NCBI GenBank assembly: GCA_038230375.1
Contig: JBBRNJ010000008.1
Span: 101,045-165,044 of the forward strand
Source: Polyangiales bacterium
GTDB taxonomy: Bacteria > Myxococcota_A > Polyangia > Polyangiales > Polyangiaceae
Length of the DNA: 64,000 nt
Reading direction: 5' to 3'
Shown here: positions 39,992-48,891 of the stretch, piece after piece
How the letters are laid out: every line of letters starts with the position of its first letter
How positions within the stretch are numbered: position 1 is the stretch's first letter
The notes under the pieces: model-generated
What the model saw: the letters and a program-made list of their open reading frames with translations, nothing else
Told to the model about the DNA's origin: nothing
Databases searched by the model: none
Made by a program: the position numbers and the translations under genes

Positions 39992-41815
39992 TCAGCTTGC
40001 CGGAGACGCGGTGGGCGCGGGGGATGCGGCGTCCGCGACGCGCACCTTCTCCGCGGGCTCCTCGACGGGTGTCTTCGGTGCCCAGAGAGAGGCGCGGAGC
40101 TCGGTGACGCGCGTCTTGGCCTTCGCCAGGTTGGTCGCGTTGGTCTCGATGGCCGCAATGTCCTTCTCGTCGTCAGGAGTGCCCGACGCCCGCGAGTCGC
40201 GCGCCGCCTCGAGCACCTCGAGCACCTCACGATGGAGCTCTTCGCCGGCCGTGACGACCCACGTGTCGAGCTTCTTCGCGAACTCGTCGATGAGGTCGTC
40301 CATCTTGGGAGCGGCCTTCTCTGCCGCCTGACGGATCATGCCGGGCGCGAGCTCCTTGGCGCGCGCCTTGTACTCCTCGTCGATCTTGTCCTTCAGCACG
40401 AACGCCAGGATGGGCGCCGCGACGGTGAGCAGGCCGCCGACGAGCACGTTGACGAACAGCACGCCAAGGCCTACGGCGAACAGCGCGGCGATTCCCGCGT
40501 CGTACTTGAACGTGTCAACGTGCACCTCGAGGCGCTTGAGGTCCGCGCCGAGCGCCGCAGCGACGCGCTTGGTGGTCTCCGCCTGATCTTCACGCACCAT
40601 CGCGATGGTCTTCTCGGCCAGGTCCTCGAGCTTGGCGGCGATCTCGCGGCTCTCGTTCTCTGCCCACGTCTTGAACGTCTCTTCCAGGAACGCCGGCAGG
40701 TACTGCTTCAGCTCGTTGCGCTTGGCGGAGTCGATGACGTTCGGGATCTGCCGGATCGTGTCGTCCACGAAGCGCTCCAGATCCTTCCTGGCGCCCATCT
40801 TGATCGCGCCGATCTCTTCGCGGATCTTGTTGCGGCGATCCTCGATGGTGCCGGCTTGACCCTTGAGATCCTGCTCGAGCATGGAGATGCGACGAAGCAA
40901 CTCTTCCGACTTCATCGCGCGTGCACGCCGCGATGCCTCGACGCCCTTGTCGAGCAGGTCAGCGACGGTGACGCCTTCACCAAGCGCGTTGTCGAGCAGG
41001 ATGCGACCGCGCTCCTCCGACAGGAACCGCGTGAGGTGCGTGAGCAGCTCCGGCATTCCGCTCTCTTCGGGCTTGCCGGAGAGCGCGGTCTCGGCGCTGA
41101 CGGGAAACACGATCGGGTCGCGCACCAGCGCGGCGAGCTGCGTCTTCGCATACGCGAGCGCTTCTTTTCGCTCGTCGTCGGAGAGGATGTCCCACTTGGT
41201 GATGACGAAGACGATCTTGTCGCGCGACGCCTTGAGCAGCTTCTCCTGCAGGAACTGGCGCTCGCTCTCCTTCAGGATCTGCCCTGCATCCAGCAGGAAC
41301 AGCACCGCGTCTGCGCGCGGGATGTAGCTGTACGTGATGTCCGCGCGCTGCAGCGACAGGTCGTTCACGCCTGGTGTGTCCACAAGAAGGATGCGCTCCT
41401 TGAGCAGCGGGGCGGGGTAGCCCACTTCAATGTAGTCTACATCATCTGCGGAGGTGCCGCCGCCGACGGCGAAGCCCTTCACGGAGTCGAACGGGATGGG
41501 GTCGCGCTTGCCCGACGTGTAGACCACGGTGGCCTCTGGCTCGTTCGAGTACTTCAGATGGTGAATGGCCGCGGTGGTGGGCGTGACGCCCGTGGCGAGC
41601 GTGGTCTGACCGATCAACGCATTCACGAAGGTGGACTTGCCGTGGTTGAACTCACCCACGACGACCAGGTGGAAGCGGTCCTCCTCCAGCTTCACGATCA
41701 ACGTCTTCTCGATCCGCTCCGCGATGCTTTTGGCGCCGACCTTCTTGCCGATGTCGGCGAGGTCACGGAGAGCAAGGGTCACGTCGAGTTTCTTTTCGCG
41801 GAAGGCGTCGAGCAT
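39992..41815 (-). CDS. Bacterial dynamin-like GTPase
   Basis: G1 GEFNHGKS, G2 PTT, G3 DTPG, G4 TKWD; helical stalk; hydrophobic paddle. Confidence 0.92.
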   Translation of the reverse strand: MLDAFREKKLDVTLALRDLADIGKKVGAKSIAERIEKTLIVKLEEDRFHLVVVGEFNHGKSTFVNALIGQTTLATGVTPTTAAIHHLKYSNEPEATVVYTSGKRDPIPFDSVKGFAVGGGTSADDVDYIEVGYPAPLLKERILLVDTPGVNDLSLQRADITYSYIPRADAVLFLLDAGQILKESERQFLQEKLLKASRDKIVFVITKWDILSDDERKEALAYAKTQLAALVRDPIVFPVSAETALSGKPEESGMPELLTHLTRFLSEERGRILLDNALGEGVTVADLLDKGVEASRRARAMKSEELLRRISMLEQDLKGQAGTIEDRRNKIREEIGAIKMGARKDLERFVDDTIRQIPNVIDSAKRNELKQYLPAFLEETFKTWAENESREIAAKLEDLAEKTIAMVREDQAETTKRVAAALGADLKRLEVHVDTFKYDAGIAALFAVGLGVLFVNVLVGGLLTVAAPILAFVLKDKIDEEYKARAKELAPGMIRQAAEKAAPKMDDLIDEFAKKLDTWVVTAGEELHREVLEVLEAARDSRASGTPDDEKDIAAIETNATNLAKAKTRVTELRASLWAPKTPVEEPAEKVRVADAASPAPTASPAS

Positions 41816-41900
41816 GGGCGGTTTCCTGGTGACGGATGAAGTCAGACTGCGGTTTGAAAGCGAGGTGAGAGCACGTGCTTTTCTGTGAGGCGCTGCGGGA

Positions 41901-42800
41901 TCAGGCGTCGCCCTTCAGGAGCGCGCGAACGCGGTCGTCGACCTCGTTCATCTTGAGGCCGACCTGGTTGTCCGCGTGGATGGCCTGCTTGTAGAGGCCG
42001 CTCTCTGCGAACACGCGCATTGCCAGGACGCGCTTCGGGAGGTAGGGGTGCGTTGCGAACGCCTCCAGGTACTTGCCCATGCTGTCCTTGCCCTCTTCGT
42101 ACTGCTCCAGGAACGCGTCCAGGTTGAACTCCTCGTAGAGCTTCTTGGAGCCGAGCGCGAGCTTCGTCAGCGCACGCGCGGAGACGTCAGAGTCCTTCGA
42201 ACAGAGCATGCCGGCGCGGTCGCACGTGATCTCCGCACGGCGCGCCCACGCGTTGAGCGCGATGACTGCGGGGTATGCGAACCACTGCACGAACATGCTC
42301 GCCATGCGCGTGAGATAGTGGAGCGTCGTGAGGTACACCACGTGGTCGTTGTGGATGTGTCCGCACTCGTGGCCAATGACGGTGAGCAGCTCCTCGTCCG
42401 AGTAGTGATCGACGAGCGCCGAGTGCACCATGATGAAGGACTCCTCGTTCGTCCCGTACGTCATGGCGTTCATCTGCGGGTTCGACACGATGTAGATCTG
42501 CGGCACCGGAATATGGAGCGTGTCTGCGCAGCGCTGCGTGAGCTTGTGGATGCGCGGGAACTGGCGCTCGCTGACCTTCACCGCGGTGCCGAGCAGCTGC
42601 CCGCGCATGACGCTCTTGAAGGTGCGCACCATGGCCGAGACGGCGAGCTCCACGGGCTTCGTGTGCGCGAATGCCGCGCGCATTTGTTTGTCGGAGATGT
42701 AGGCGTACTCATGCCCCGACGTCTCCGCTCCACCGCCGACCCGATCACCCTTCCTCTGAGCTACGAACGCGTCGAAATCCAACGTGGGGGCTTGTGCCAT
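41901..42800 (-). CDS. M48 (Ste24/HtpX-like) zinc metallopeptidase
   Basis: NA, GHECGH, EITCDR and THP motifs. Confidence 0.9.
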   Translation of the reverse strand: MAQAPTLDFDAFVAQRKGDRVGGGAETSGHEYAYISDKQMRAAFAHTKPVELAVSAMVRTFKSVMRGQLLGTAVKVSERQFPRIHKLTQRCADTLHIPVPQIYIVSNPQMNAMTYGTNEESFIMVHSALVDHYSDEELLTVIGHECGHIHNDHVVYLTTLHYLTRMASMFVQWFAYPAVIALNAWARRAEITCDRAGMLCSKDSDVSARALTKLALGSKKLYEEFNLDAFLEQYEEGKDSMGKYLEAFATHPYLPKRVLAMRVFAESGLYKQAIHADNQVGLKMNEVDDRVRALLKGDA

Positions 42801-42971
42801 GAGTCCTCGGAAAAAAAAGGGTCTTCGGGTGAGCGAAGCCGGGGCGCGCCGCGACGGAATCGCAGGGAGCGAGCTGGCCTGCCGTAGATGCTAAGTCGCA
42901 TGGTGAGCATGCGCAACGCGTTCGCTACAGCCTTTTTTCCGACGTGGGAGCGTACCGAAAGTTCCGCGGAC

Positions 42972-43027
42972 AAAAAGAAAGACGGGAGGAGAGTCGCTTT
43001 GGGGACGCAGCGCGACTTCCTCCCGTC
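42972..43027 (-). terminator. Intrinsic terminator
   Basis: GACGGGAGGAAGTCGC...GCGACTCTCCTCCCGTC followed by TTTCTTTTT. Confidence 0.75.
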
Positions 43028-43105
43028 ATGATGATGCCTGGTGCCGACCTCCTTGTGAGACTGACCACTGCATCGGCGAGAAGGGGGGACAACCTTCTCG
43101 CCTCG
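42972..43105 (-). ncRNA. Candidate small RNA with three stem-loops
   Basis: 10-bp perfect stem 43075-43102; imperfect middle stem; long terminal stem 42981-43027 followed by UUUCUUUUU. Confidence 0.5.
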
Positions 43106-43201
43106 TGAATACTTACAGACCGCGCGAGCGAAATCTTCCCGGAGCACGACGCTTTTTCCCGGCGCCTCGTCGACCCCGGAAGAACCTCCCCATCCGCCTG
43201 G

Positions 43202-44215
43202 CTACGGACGCGACTCGACGTGGACGCCGCCGTTCGTGAAGTGCGGCTCCTTCGCGTGCGCCTCCAGGACCCCGGTGGCGATCACGGTGATGGCCGTGGC
43301 CGTCGCGGCGCCCACGCCCACGAGCGTCCACGTCGCCCAGCCGGGCCACCGCTTGTGGAAGACGTGAGGCTCAGGCGAGAGGAGAACGTTCAGCGTGCGC
43401 CACTCGAGCCACGTGGTGCAGTGATCGCGCTCGCACGAAGCCACGAGCAGTGTGCCAGGGGTCGGTGACGAGCGCGCGAGCACCCAGGTGGGGCACGTCA
43501 CGCCGTGCGTCTTCGGTGCGCCCTCGGGGTCGAGCACGACACCGGCGAAGTCCCCCTTCGAGCACGCGCCAGTGCTGCGCTCCTGCGAGAAGTCGATCAC
43601 GGTGCCCTCGCCCACGCCGACCCACGCAGCGCGCACGGTGCGGCCCTCGCGCACGACACGGACCTGATGCGGGCCCTCGGCGAGCGTGCCCGTGTCGGTG
43701 GTCACGCGGCGCGCGTCGACCCAGAGCTCACCATCTGGAAGCGCGAAGCGCACGTGTACCTTGTGCAGCTCCTCCGCCGTCCCGGTCTCCGTGAGCGCAG
43801 CCACGCGAGGACCGCCGAGTGCGTCGGCACGCTGCCACGCGGCGCGGGCGCGCTCCTCGTTCTTGGGCTCGAGGTGCGAGAAGCGAACGGACCATCCACG
43901 CTCGACTTCTGCGCGAAGCCACGCGGCCTGCGGTAGCTCAGGATGCGCAAGCACCCGTGCCTCCGCGCGAGCAAGGGCTCGCTCCGATGCATCCGTGTCT
44001 TCTTGCACCAGAGCCTGTGATGCCAGCGTGAGATCCGCCTCCACCCGGTTTGCGTCTTCCAGATCGGCGATGACCTCGGGGCGGGACGCGGCGCCGGATG
44101 CCTTCGTGAGCTCGAGCCCACGTGCGCGCGCCCACTCGGACAGCGCATGCTCGGCGTCCGGCGAGGGGGTCTCGTCGATCCAGACGGAGGTCGTCGGAGG
44201 CGGGGCGTCGGTCAC
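43202..44215 (-). CDS. Hypothetical protein with PEGA-like domain and C-terminal hydrophobic segment
   Basis: ELWVD..LAEGPHQVRV; WATWTLVGVGAATATAITVI. Confidence 0.65.
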   Translation of the reverse strand: MTDAPPPTTSVWIDETPSPDAEHALSEWARARGLELTKASGAASRPEVIADLEDANRVEADLTLASQALVQEDTDASERALARAEARVLAHPELPQAAWLRAEVERGWSVRFSHLEPKNEERARAAWQRADALGGPRVAALTETGTAEELHKVHVRFALPDGELWVDARRVTTDTGTLAEGPHQVRVVREGRTVRAAWVGVGEGTVIDFSQERSTGACSKGDFAGVVLDPEGAPKTHGVTCPTWVLARSSPTPGTLLVASCERDHCTTWLEWRTLNVLLSPEPHVFHKRWPGWATWTLVGVGAATATAITVIATGVLEAHAKEPHFTNGGVHVESRP

Positions 44216-44221
44216 GCAGGT

Positions 44222-44800
44222 CTACTTCTTGGAAGCCTTCTTGGAAGCCTTCTTCGCGCGCGGCGCCTTCTTTGCGGCGGGCTTCGCCAAGGCGGTCTTC
44301 TTCGGCTTCGCGGCAAGCGGCTTGGTGGGCTTCGCTTGCGTCGGCCCGTCGCCGCGGAGAGCGCCGAGCACGGCGTCCACGTGTCCGTCGACCTTCACGC
44401 TGCCCCACGCGCGGACGACCTTGCCGCCCTCCACGAGGAACGTGCTGCGAATGACGCCGAGCACCTTCTTGCCGTACATCGTCTTCTCGCCGTATGCGCC
44501 GAAGGCCTTGTGCGCAGTGAGATCGGGATCGCTCAGCAGCGGGATCGCGAGCTTGTACTTGTCCCTGAACTTGCAGTGCGTCTCGACCTTGTCCTTCGAG
44601 ATGCCGTAGACGGTCGCGCCCAGCGCGGCGAACTCCTTTGCGGCTGCGGTGAAGCCTTGCGCCTCGCGGGTGCAGCCCGGGGTGTCGTCGCGCGGGTAAA
44701 AGTAGATGACGGCCTTGCCCTTGGCGGCGGCGGCCAGGTCTACCTGGGAGCCGGCGTCGCTCGCGAGGCGGATGCTGGGAATCTTGTCTCCGGCTTTCAT
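44222..44800 (-). CDS. bcp: BCP/PrxQ peroxiredoxin with Lys/Ala-rich tail
   Basis: YFYPRDDTPGCTREA, RSTF and VKVDGH motifs; tail KPAAKKAPRAKKASKKASKK. Confidence 0.92.
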   Translation of the reverse strand: MKAGDKIPSIRLASDAGSQVDLAAAAKGKAVIYFYPRDDTPGCTREAQGFTAAAKEFAALGATVYGISKDKVETHCKFRDKYKLAIPLLSDPDLTAHKAFGAYGEKTMYGKKVLGVIRSTFLVEGGKVVRAWGSVKVDGHVDAVLGALRGDGPTQAKPTKPLAAKPKKTALAKPAAKKAPRAKKASKKASKK

Positions 44801-44866
44801 GGGCACAAAGATACCGGGCTTGCCGCGCGCGCGGTCGAACTTTTTGGGGATACATTCGCAGCACCG

Positions 44867-45784
44867 ATGAGCGAGGACGACCGCATTCGAAAGCTGGCCG
44901 AGGTGCTTGCGCACGCGCCGGCGCACGCGGACGTTCGCGTGGGCATCGGTGACGACGCGGCCGTCGTGTCGGATGGTGTCGTGCTCACGGTGGACACACA
45001 CGTGGAGGACGTTCACTTCCGCCGCGCGTGGCTGTCGTTCGAGGCGCTCGGCTACAAGAGCTTCATGGCGGCGGCGAGCGACGTCGCGGCGATGGGCGCC
45101 CAGCCGACGTTCGCGCTCTCGTCGCTCATCCTGCCCAAAGACGTCACGGATACGGACGTCGTTGCGGTGGGGCGCGGGCAGGCACGAGCGGCGCGCGAGC
45201 TCGGGGCCTCGGTGGTCGGCGGCAACCTCTCCCTGGGGCCTCTATCGATCACCACGACCGTCCTGGGCCGCGCGGTACGGCCGCTGCTCCGCACCGGCGC
45301 AAAACCAGGCGATCTGCTTCTGTTGGGAGGCTCGGTGGGGCTCGCCGCCGCGGGTCTGTCCGTGCTCATGCGCCGCTTGCCAGGCGCCGACGATCTCATC
45401 GATGCATGGCGCTCCCCGCGCGCCCTCGTGGAGCTCGGCGCAACGCTGGTGTCGGCCGGCGCGCACGCGTGCATCGATGTCTCCGACGGCCTCGCGCTCG
45501 ATCTCCATCGCATGTGCGAGGCGAGCGGCGTGGGCGCAGAGCTCTCCGCGAAGGCAGTCCTCGGGTCCACGCCTGCGCTCGCTGATGCCGCCGTGCGGCT
45601 TGGACTCGACGCGCTGGAGCTCGGGCTGCACGGCGGCGAGGACTACGCCCTTCTCGCGACCGCATCGGGTGAGGTCCCCGGCTTCGCGATCATCGGGCGG
45701 ATCACGGCCGACACGAGCGTGATGCTCTCGCGTGAAGACGACACGCGAGAGACGCTAGCGCGAAGGGGCTTCCAGCACTTCTAG
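44867..45784 (+). CDS. thiL: Thiamine-monophosphate kinase
   Basis: GIGDDAA, VEDVHF, SDVAAMGA, IDVSDGL and GGEDY motifs. Confidence 0.93.
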   Translation: MSEDDRIRKLAEVLAHAPAHADVRVGIGDDAAVVSDGVVLTVDTHVEDVHFRRAWLSFEALGYKSFMAAASDVAAMGAQPTFALSSLILPKDVTDTDVVAVGRGQARAARELGASVVGGNLSLGPLSITTTVLGRAVRPLLRTGAKPGDLLLLGGSVGLAAAGLSVLMRRLPGADDLIDAWRSPRALVELGATLVSAGAHACIDVSDGLALDLHRMCEASGVGAELSAKAVLGSTPALADAAVRLGLDALELGLHGGEDYALLATASGEVPGFAIIGRITADTSVMLSREDDTRETLARRGFQHF

Positions 45785-45785
45785 A

Positions 45786-46235
45786 TCAGAAGTTACCGCA
45801 GGCGTTCGGCACGTTCTTGCCCTGCAAGAGCAAGCGGATCGCGCCGAGCTCGGGCGCGTTGCCATTGGGGCCGGCCTGCGTGGCGATCGTGTTGCACTGC
45901 GCCGCGGCCTGAAGGAGCATGCCGCCCTCGGGCGAGTTGCCGAGCGTCTTCGCCTGCGAGGAGAGCTGCGCGCAGCACACCTTCAGCTTGGTGACGTTGC
46001 CGTTCTGCGCGGGACCGGTCCAGTGCGGCTTCGTGCCAGCGTCCTGTCCTGCGTCGGCGCCGGCGTCGTCGCCGAGCGGCTGGAAGTCGGTCGGCGTGGT
46101 GTCAGCCGGCGTGGGCGTGGGAGCCGGACCCGCATCGACGACGGCCGGCGGATCCTTCTTGCACGACGAGGCCGTCAACAGCGGCAGGAACGCGGCGATG
46201 ACGAGAGTGGTGAGCGGACGGACCGAACGTGCCAT
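45786..46235 (-). CDS. Small lipoprotein with a 4-Cys helical domain
   Basis: Lipobox-like ASSC; DAG linker; CC...C...C. Confidence 0.7.
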   Translation of the reverse strand: MARSVRPLTTLVIAAFLPLLTASSCKKDPPAVVDAGPAPTPTPADTTPTDFQPLGDDAGADAGQDAGTKPHWTGPAQNGNVTKLKVCCAQLSSQAKTLGNSPEGGMLLQAAAQCNTIATQAGPNGNAPELGAIRLLLQGKNVPNACGNF

Positions 46236-46478
46236 GTGAGTTTCTTCCTCCAACGAGAGGAGGCTACAGCGAAAGGTCCGCGCGTTCCATGAGCTTCTGC
46301 AGCCCAGCAAGTCCCGTCCGCAATCACCACGCGGGAAAACAGCGTCGCATGGGGCGAAAGCCGCCCGACAGGCAAGGCATCGAGCGAGCACGGAGCGGAA
46401 CGGACTCTTGTCCGTGAGCACCGCGCGGAACTCGAAACGAAGCCTGGCGGGCGGATCTCGCCCCAGGCGATGCTGTTT

Positions 46479-47630
46479 TTAGTGCATCAATTTGCAGTTG
46501 ACGGTCGCGGTGACCGTGGTCCTTGGCGCCTTCGCGAGATCGCAGGCGCTGCCGTAGAGCTGGATCTCCCCGAAGTTCTTGTTGACGTAGTCCCAGCCGT
46601 TCATGTGCGTCGGATCGTTCACGACCATGACGCCGTTGACGACGATCGAGATCGCGTCGGGGTTGTCCGGCTTCGACGGCGTGACGAACGTGCACTGCGT
46701 GATGCTTGCCTGGATCTGCGTGAACGCGTCCGTGAGGTCCTGCTGCACGAGGACCTTGTAGTAGTGCGGCGCGGTGTCGCGCGGTCGGCCGCCGGCGATC
46801 GCCATCTGATCGAGCACGGTGGTGAACTCCGGCCGCTCCTGCTCACCAAGGCCGATGACGAACGTGGGCACCATCTGCGTGGCGAGTACGTCCGCGATGG
46901 CCTTCACCGTGGCGTTGCCATCGAGACAGCTGAACGCGTCACCGGACATCTTGCATTGGTTCTGCGTGACGGCCGTGCAGACGCACGTGTTCGGGTCCTT
47001 GCCGTCGGGCGCGCAGTTTGGTGCGCCGTCGGTCGCGAGCACCATGAAGCGGGTGACTGCGCGTGTGTCCGTGGACGTGAGGATGGAGGCACCAGCCTTG
47101 ACGGCCGCCGCCGTGGGCGTTCCGCCGCCGGGCGAACTGGACTGGAAGATGCTGCTGATCGCCTTCGCGTTGTTGAGCGCGAGCGGCACGTCGATCGTGG
47201 ACTCCACGAGGCATGCGCTCTCCGGGTCTCCGCCGCCATTGAACGGCTCCGGGAAGAACTTCGCGCCCATCTGCACTGTGCCCTCGATGCTGGAGAGCAC
47301 GGGCGACAGCGCGTCCGCGAGCTGGTTCCACCGCGAAGGGTTCAGGCCCGTGGACGGCTTGCCGTCGATGCCGAAGTCCATGGAGCCGGAGCGATCCATG
47401 AGGAAGACGATCTCCGCCTGCGCGGGCGTGAGCGTGAAGGTACCATCCGTGCATGGCACGTTCTTCGTGATGGTGCCGGAGTCGTCGCCGCTGGGGAGGA
47501 TGAAGCCGGCGTCCGCGGTGGCGGTGGTGCCGTCGTCGATGAGCAGACCGGTCTTGGACCCGCACGCGATGAACGCGAGCGGCGCCGCGACCGCGAGGAG
47601 CGCGAAGTGGTACGAGCGAAGGAAAGCCAT
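46479..47630 (-). CDS. VWA-domain Cys-rich lipoprotein (CglB-like)
   Basis: Lipobox FIAC; MIDAS DRSGSM, GGTPT and TDGAPNC. Confidence 0.85.
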   Translation of the reverse strand: MAFLRSYHFALLAVAAPLAFIACGSKTGLLIDDGTTATADAGFILPSGDDSGTITKNVPCTDGTFTLTPAQAEIVFLMDRSGSMDFGIDGKPSTGLNPSRWNQLADALSPVLSSIEGTVQMGAKFFPEPFNGGGDPESACLVESTIDVPLALNNAKAISSIFQSSSPGGGTPTAAAVKAGASILTSTDTRAVTRFMVLATDGAPNCAPDGKDPNTCVCTAVTQNQCKMSGDAFSCLDGNATVKAIADVLATQMVPTFVIGLGEQERPEFTTVLDQMAIAGGRPRDTAPHYYKVLVQQDLTDAFTQIQASITQCTFVTPSKPDNPDAISIVVNGVMVVNDPTHMNGWDYVNKNFGEIQLYGSACDLAKAPRTTVTATVNCKLMH

Positions 47631-47688
47631 CGGCGACAGCGTACGATCAGAGTCGCCGTCGCGCGAGCCGTCCGCGCGCGATCGTGAT

Positions 47689-48624
47689 CTAGTTTCGACC
47701 GCCGAAGGGGCCTCCGGCGCCGGGCTGGCCGTGTGGCAGGGGCTTTCCGCCAGGTCCCATTCCAGGCGGCATGCCGGGCCGTCCTCCCATGCCTCCGCCC
47801 ATCATCGCCCCGATCGCCTGAGCCATATCCATCTGCTGGTAGGTCGGAGGCGGGACGAAGACGCTGGCGTCGAGCGATTTCTTGTCGATCCGCGTGACCT
47901 CGACGCGACCCTCTTCCACGTTCGTGGCGTCGAACATCACCATCCGCAGCGGGAAGTGCTTGCCGTCGAGCATCTCCGACATGAACGAGTACTCGGCGGG
48001 CACCCCGGTCATCGGGATGTGGAACCAGGAGACGCCTTGCTCGGCGATGCAGACCTCTGCCTTGCCTTTCTCCTTCGCGTTCGCGTCCTGGTTCTCGATT
48101 GTCCAGATCTCGCAGGTGTAGCCGGCGACCTTGTCCGTCTTGCCAGTCTTCGTGATCTTCGGAGGCGTCGGGGGCGTGCCGCTGGGGCCGTGGTGCCCGC
48201 CGCCGGGCTTCATGCCCTTCAGCTCCTCGCCGCTCTTGTTGAGGTCGATGACGATGACCTGCTTCTTCTCGTCGAGAACGACGAAGAGCTTCTTCGCGGG
48301 GGAGTCGAAGATCGCATACACCTTGCCGAACTGCTCGGCGCCCTCGATCCCCGCGGGCAGCTCGACCCGGAGCTTGTCCGACTTCACGTCGAGCACGAGG
48401 TTGATGGGCTTGTCGGCCTTCAGTCCCTTGCCCTTCACCGTGACCCCGATCTCGCCCTCGAACCCATTCAGGAGCGAGAGCGCGCTGGGGGTGTCACCCG
48501 AGATCGAGCTCACGCCGCCCTCGTCGGACTTACCCATTGCGCTCTTGATCTTGTCGCAGCCGAGCAGCGGCGCGCAGCCAAGGGTAGCCATGAGCGTGAG
48601 GGCGAGAGCTGTCTTCCGTTTCAT
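47689..48624 (-). CDS. DUF4412-like lipoprotein
   Basis: Lipobox LLGC; KTGKTDKVAGYTC, FPLRM and FVPPPTY; Met/Gly-rich tail. Confidence 0.78.
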   Translation of the reverse strand: MKRKTALALTLMATLGCAPLLGCDKIKSAMGKSDEGGVSSISGDTPSALSLLNGFEGEIGVTVKGKGLKADKPINLVLDVKSDKLRVELPAGIEGAEQFGKVYAIFDSPAKKLFVVLDEKKQVIVIDLNKSGEELKGMKPGGGHHGPSGTPPTPPKITKTGKTDKVAGYTCEIWTIENQDANAKEKGKAEVCIAEQGVSWFHIPMTGVPAEYSFMSEMLDGKHFPLRMVMFDATNVEEGRVEVTRIDKKSLDASVFVPPPTYQQMDMAQAIGAMMGGGMGGRPGMPPGMGPGGKPLPHGQPGAGGPFGGRN

Positions 48625-48863
48625 GGGCGGGGCTCTTACCACACCGAGATCACCCGCGCCGAGCCGGGCGCCGAACCCGGTGTCGGGCTGCGCGGAGCCG
48701 TGCGCCAGATCAGAAGAGTCTCAGTGAACCGTCTGTAATCGTTGGCGCGTTCGCTTCCTGACGGGAGGGAGACCGCGGGTGTCAGTTCGTGCACGACCGC
48801 CAGAAAATCGCACGATTTCGCAGGGTTTTCGGGGAAAAATCCTGGGTGGTCGGAAATGTTGCC

Positions 48864-48879
48864 TGGATCAGAACTTGCT
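48864..48879 (+). promoter_or_regulatory. sigma54-like promoter
   Basis: TGGATCAGAACTTGCT, GG-N10-GC, just upstream of the ATG at 48892. Confidence 0.5.
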
Positions 48880-48891
48880 CAAGGCCGACGC

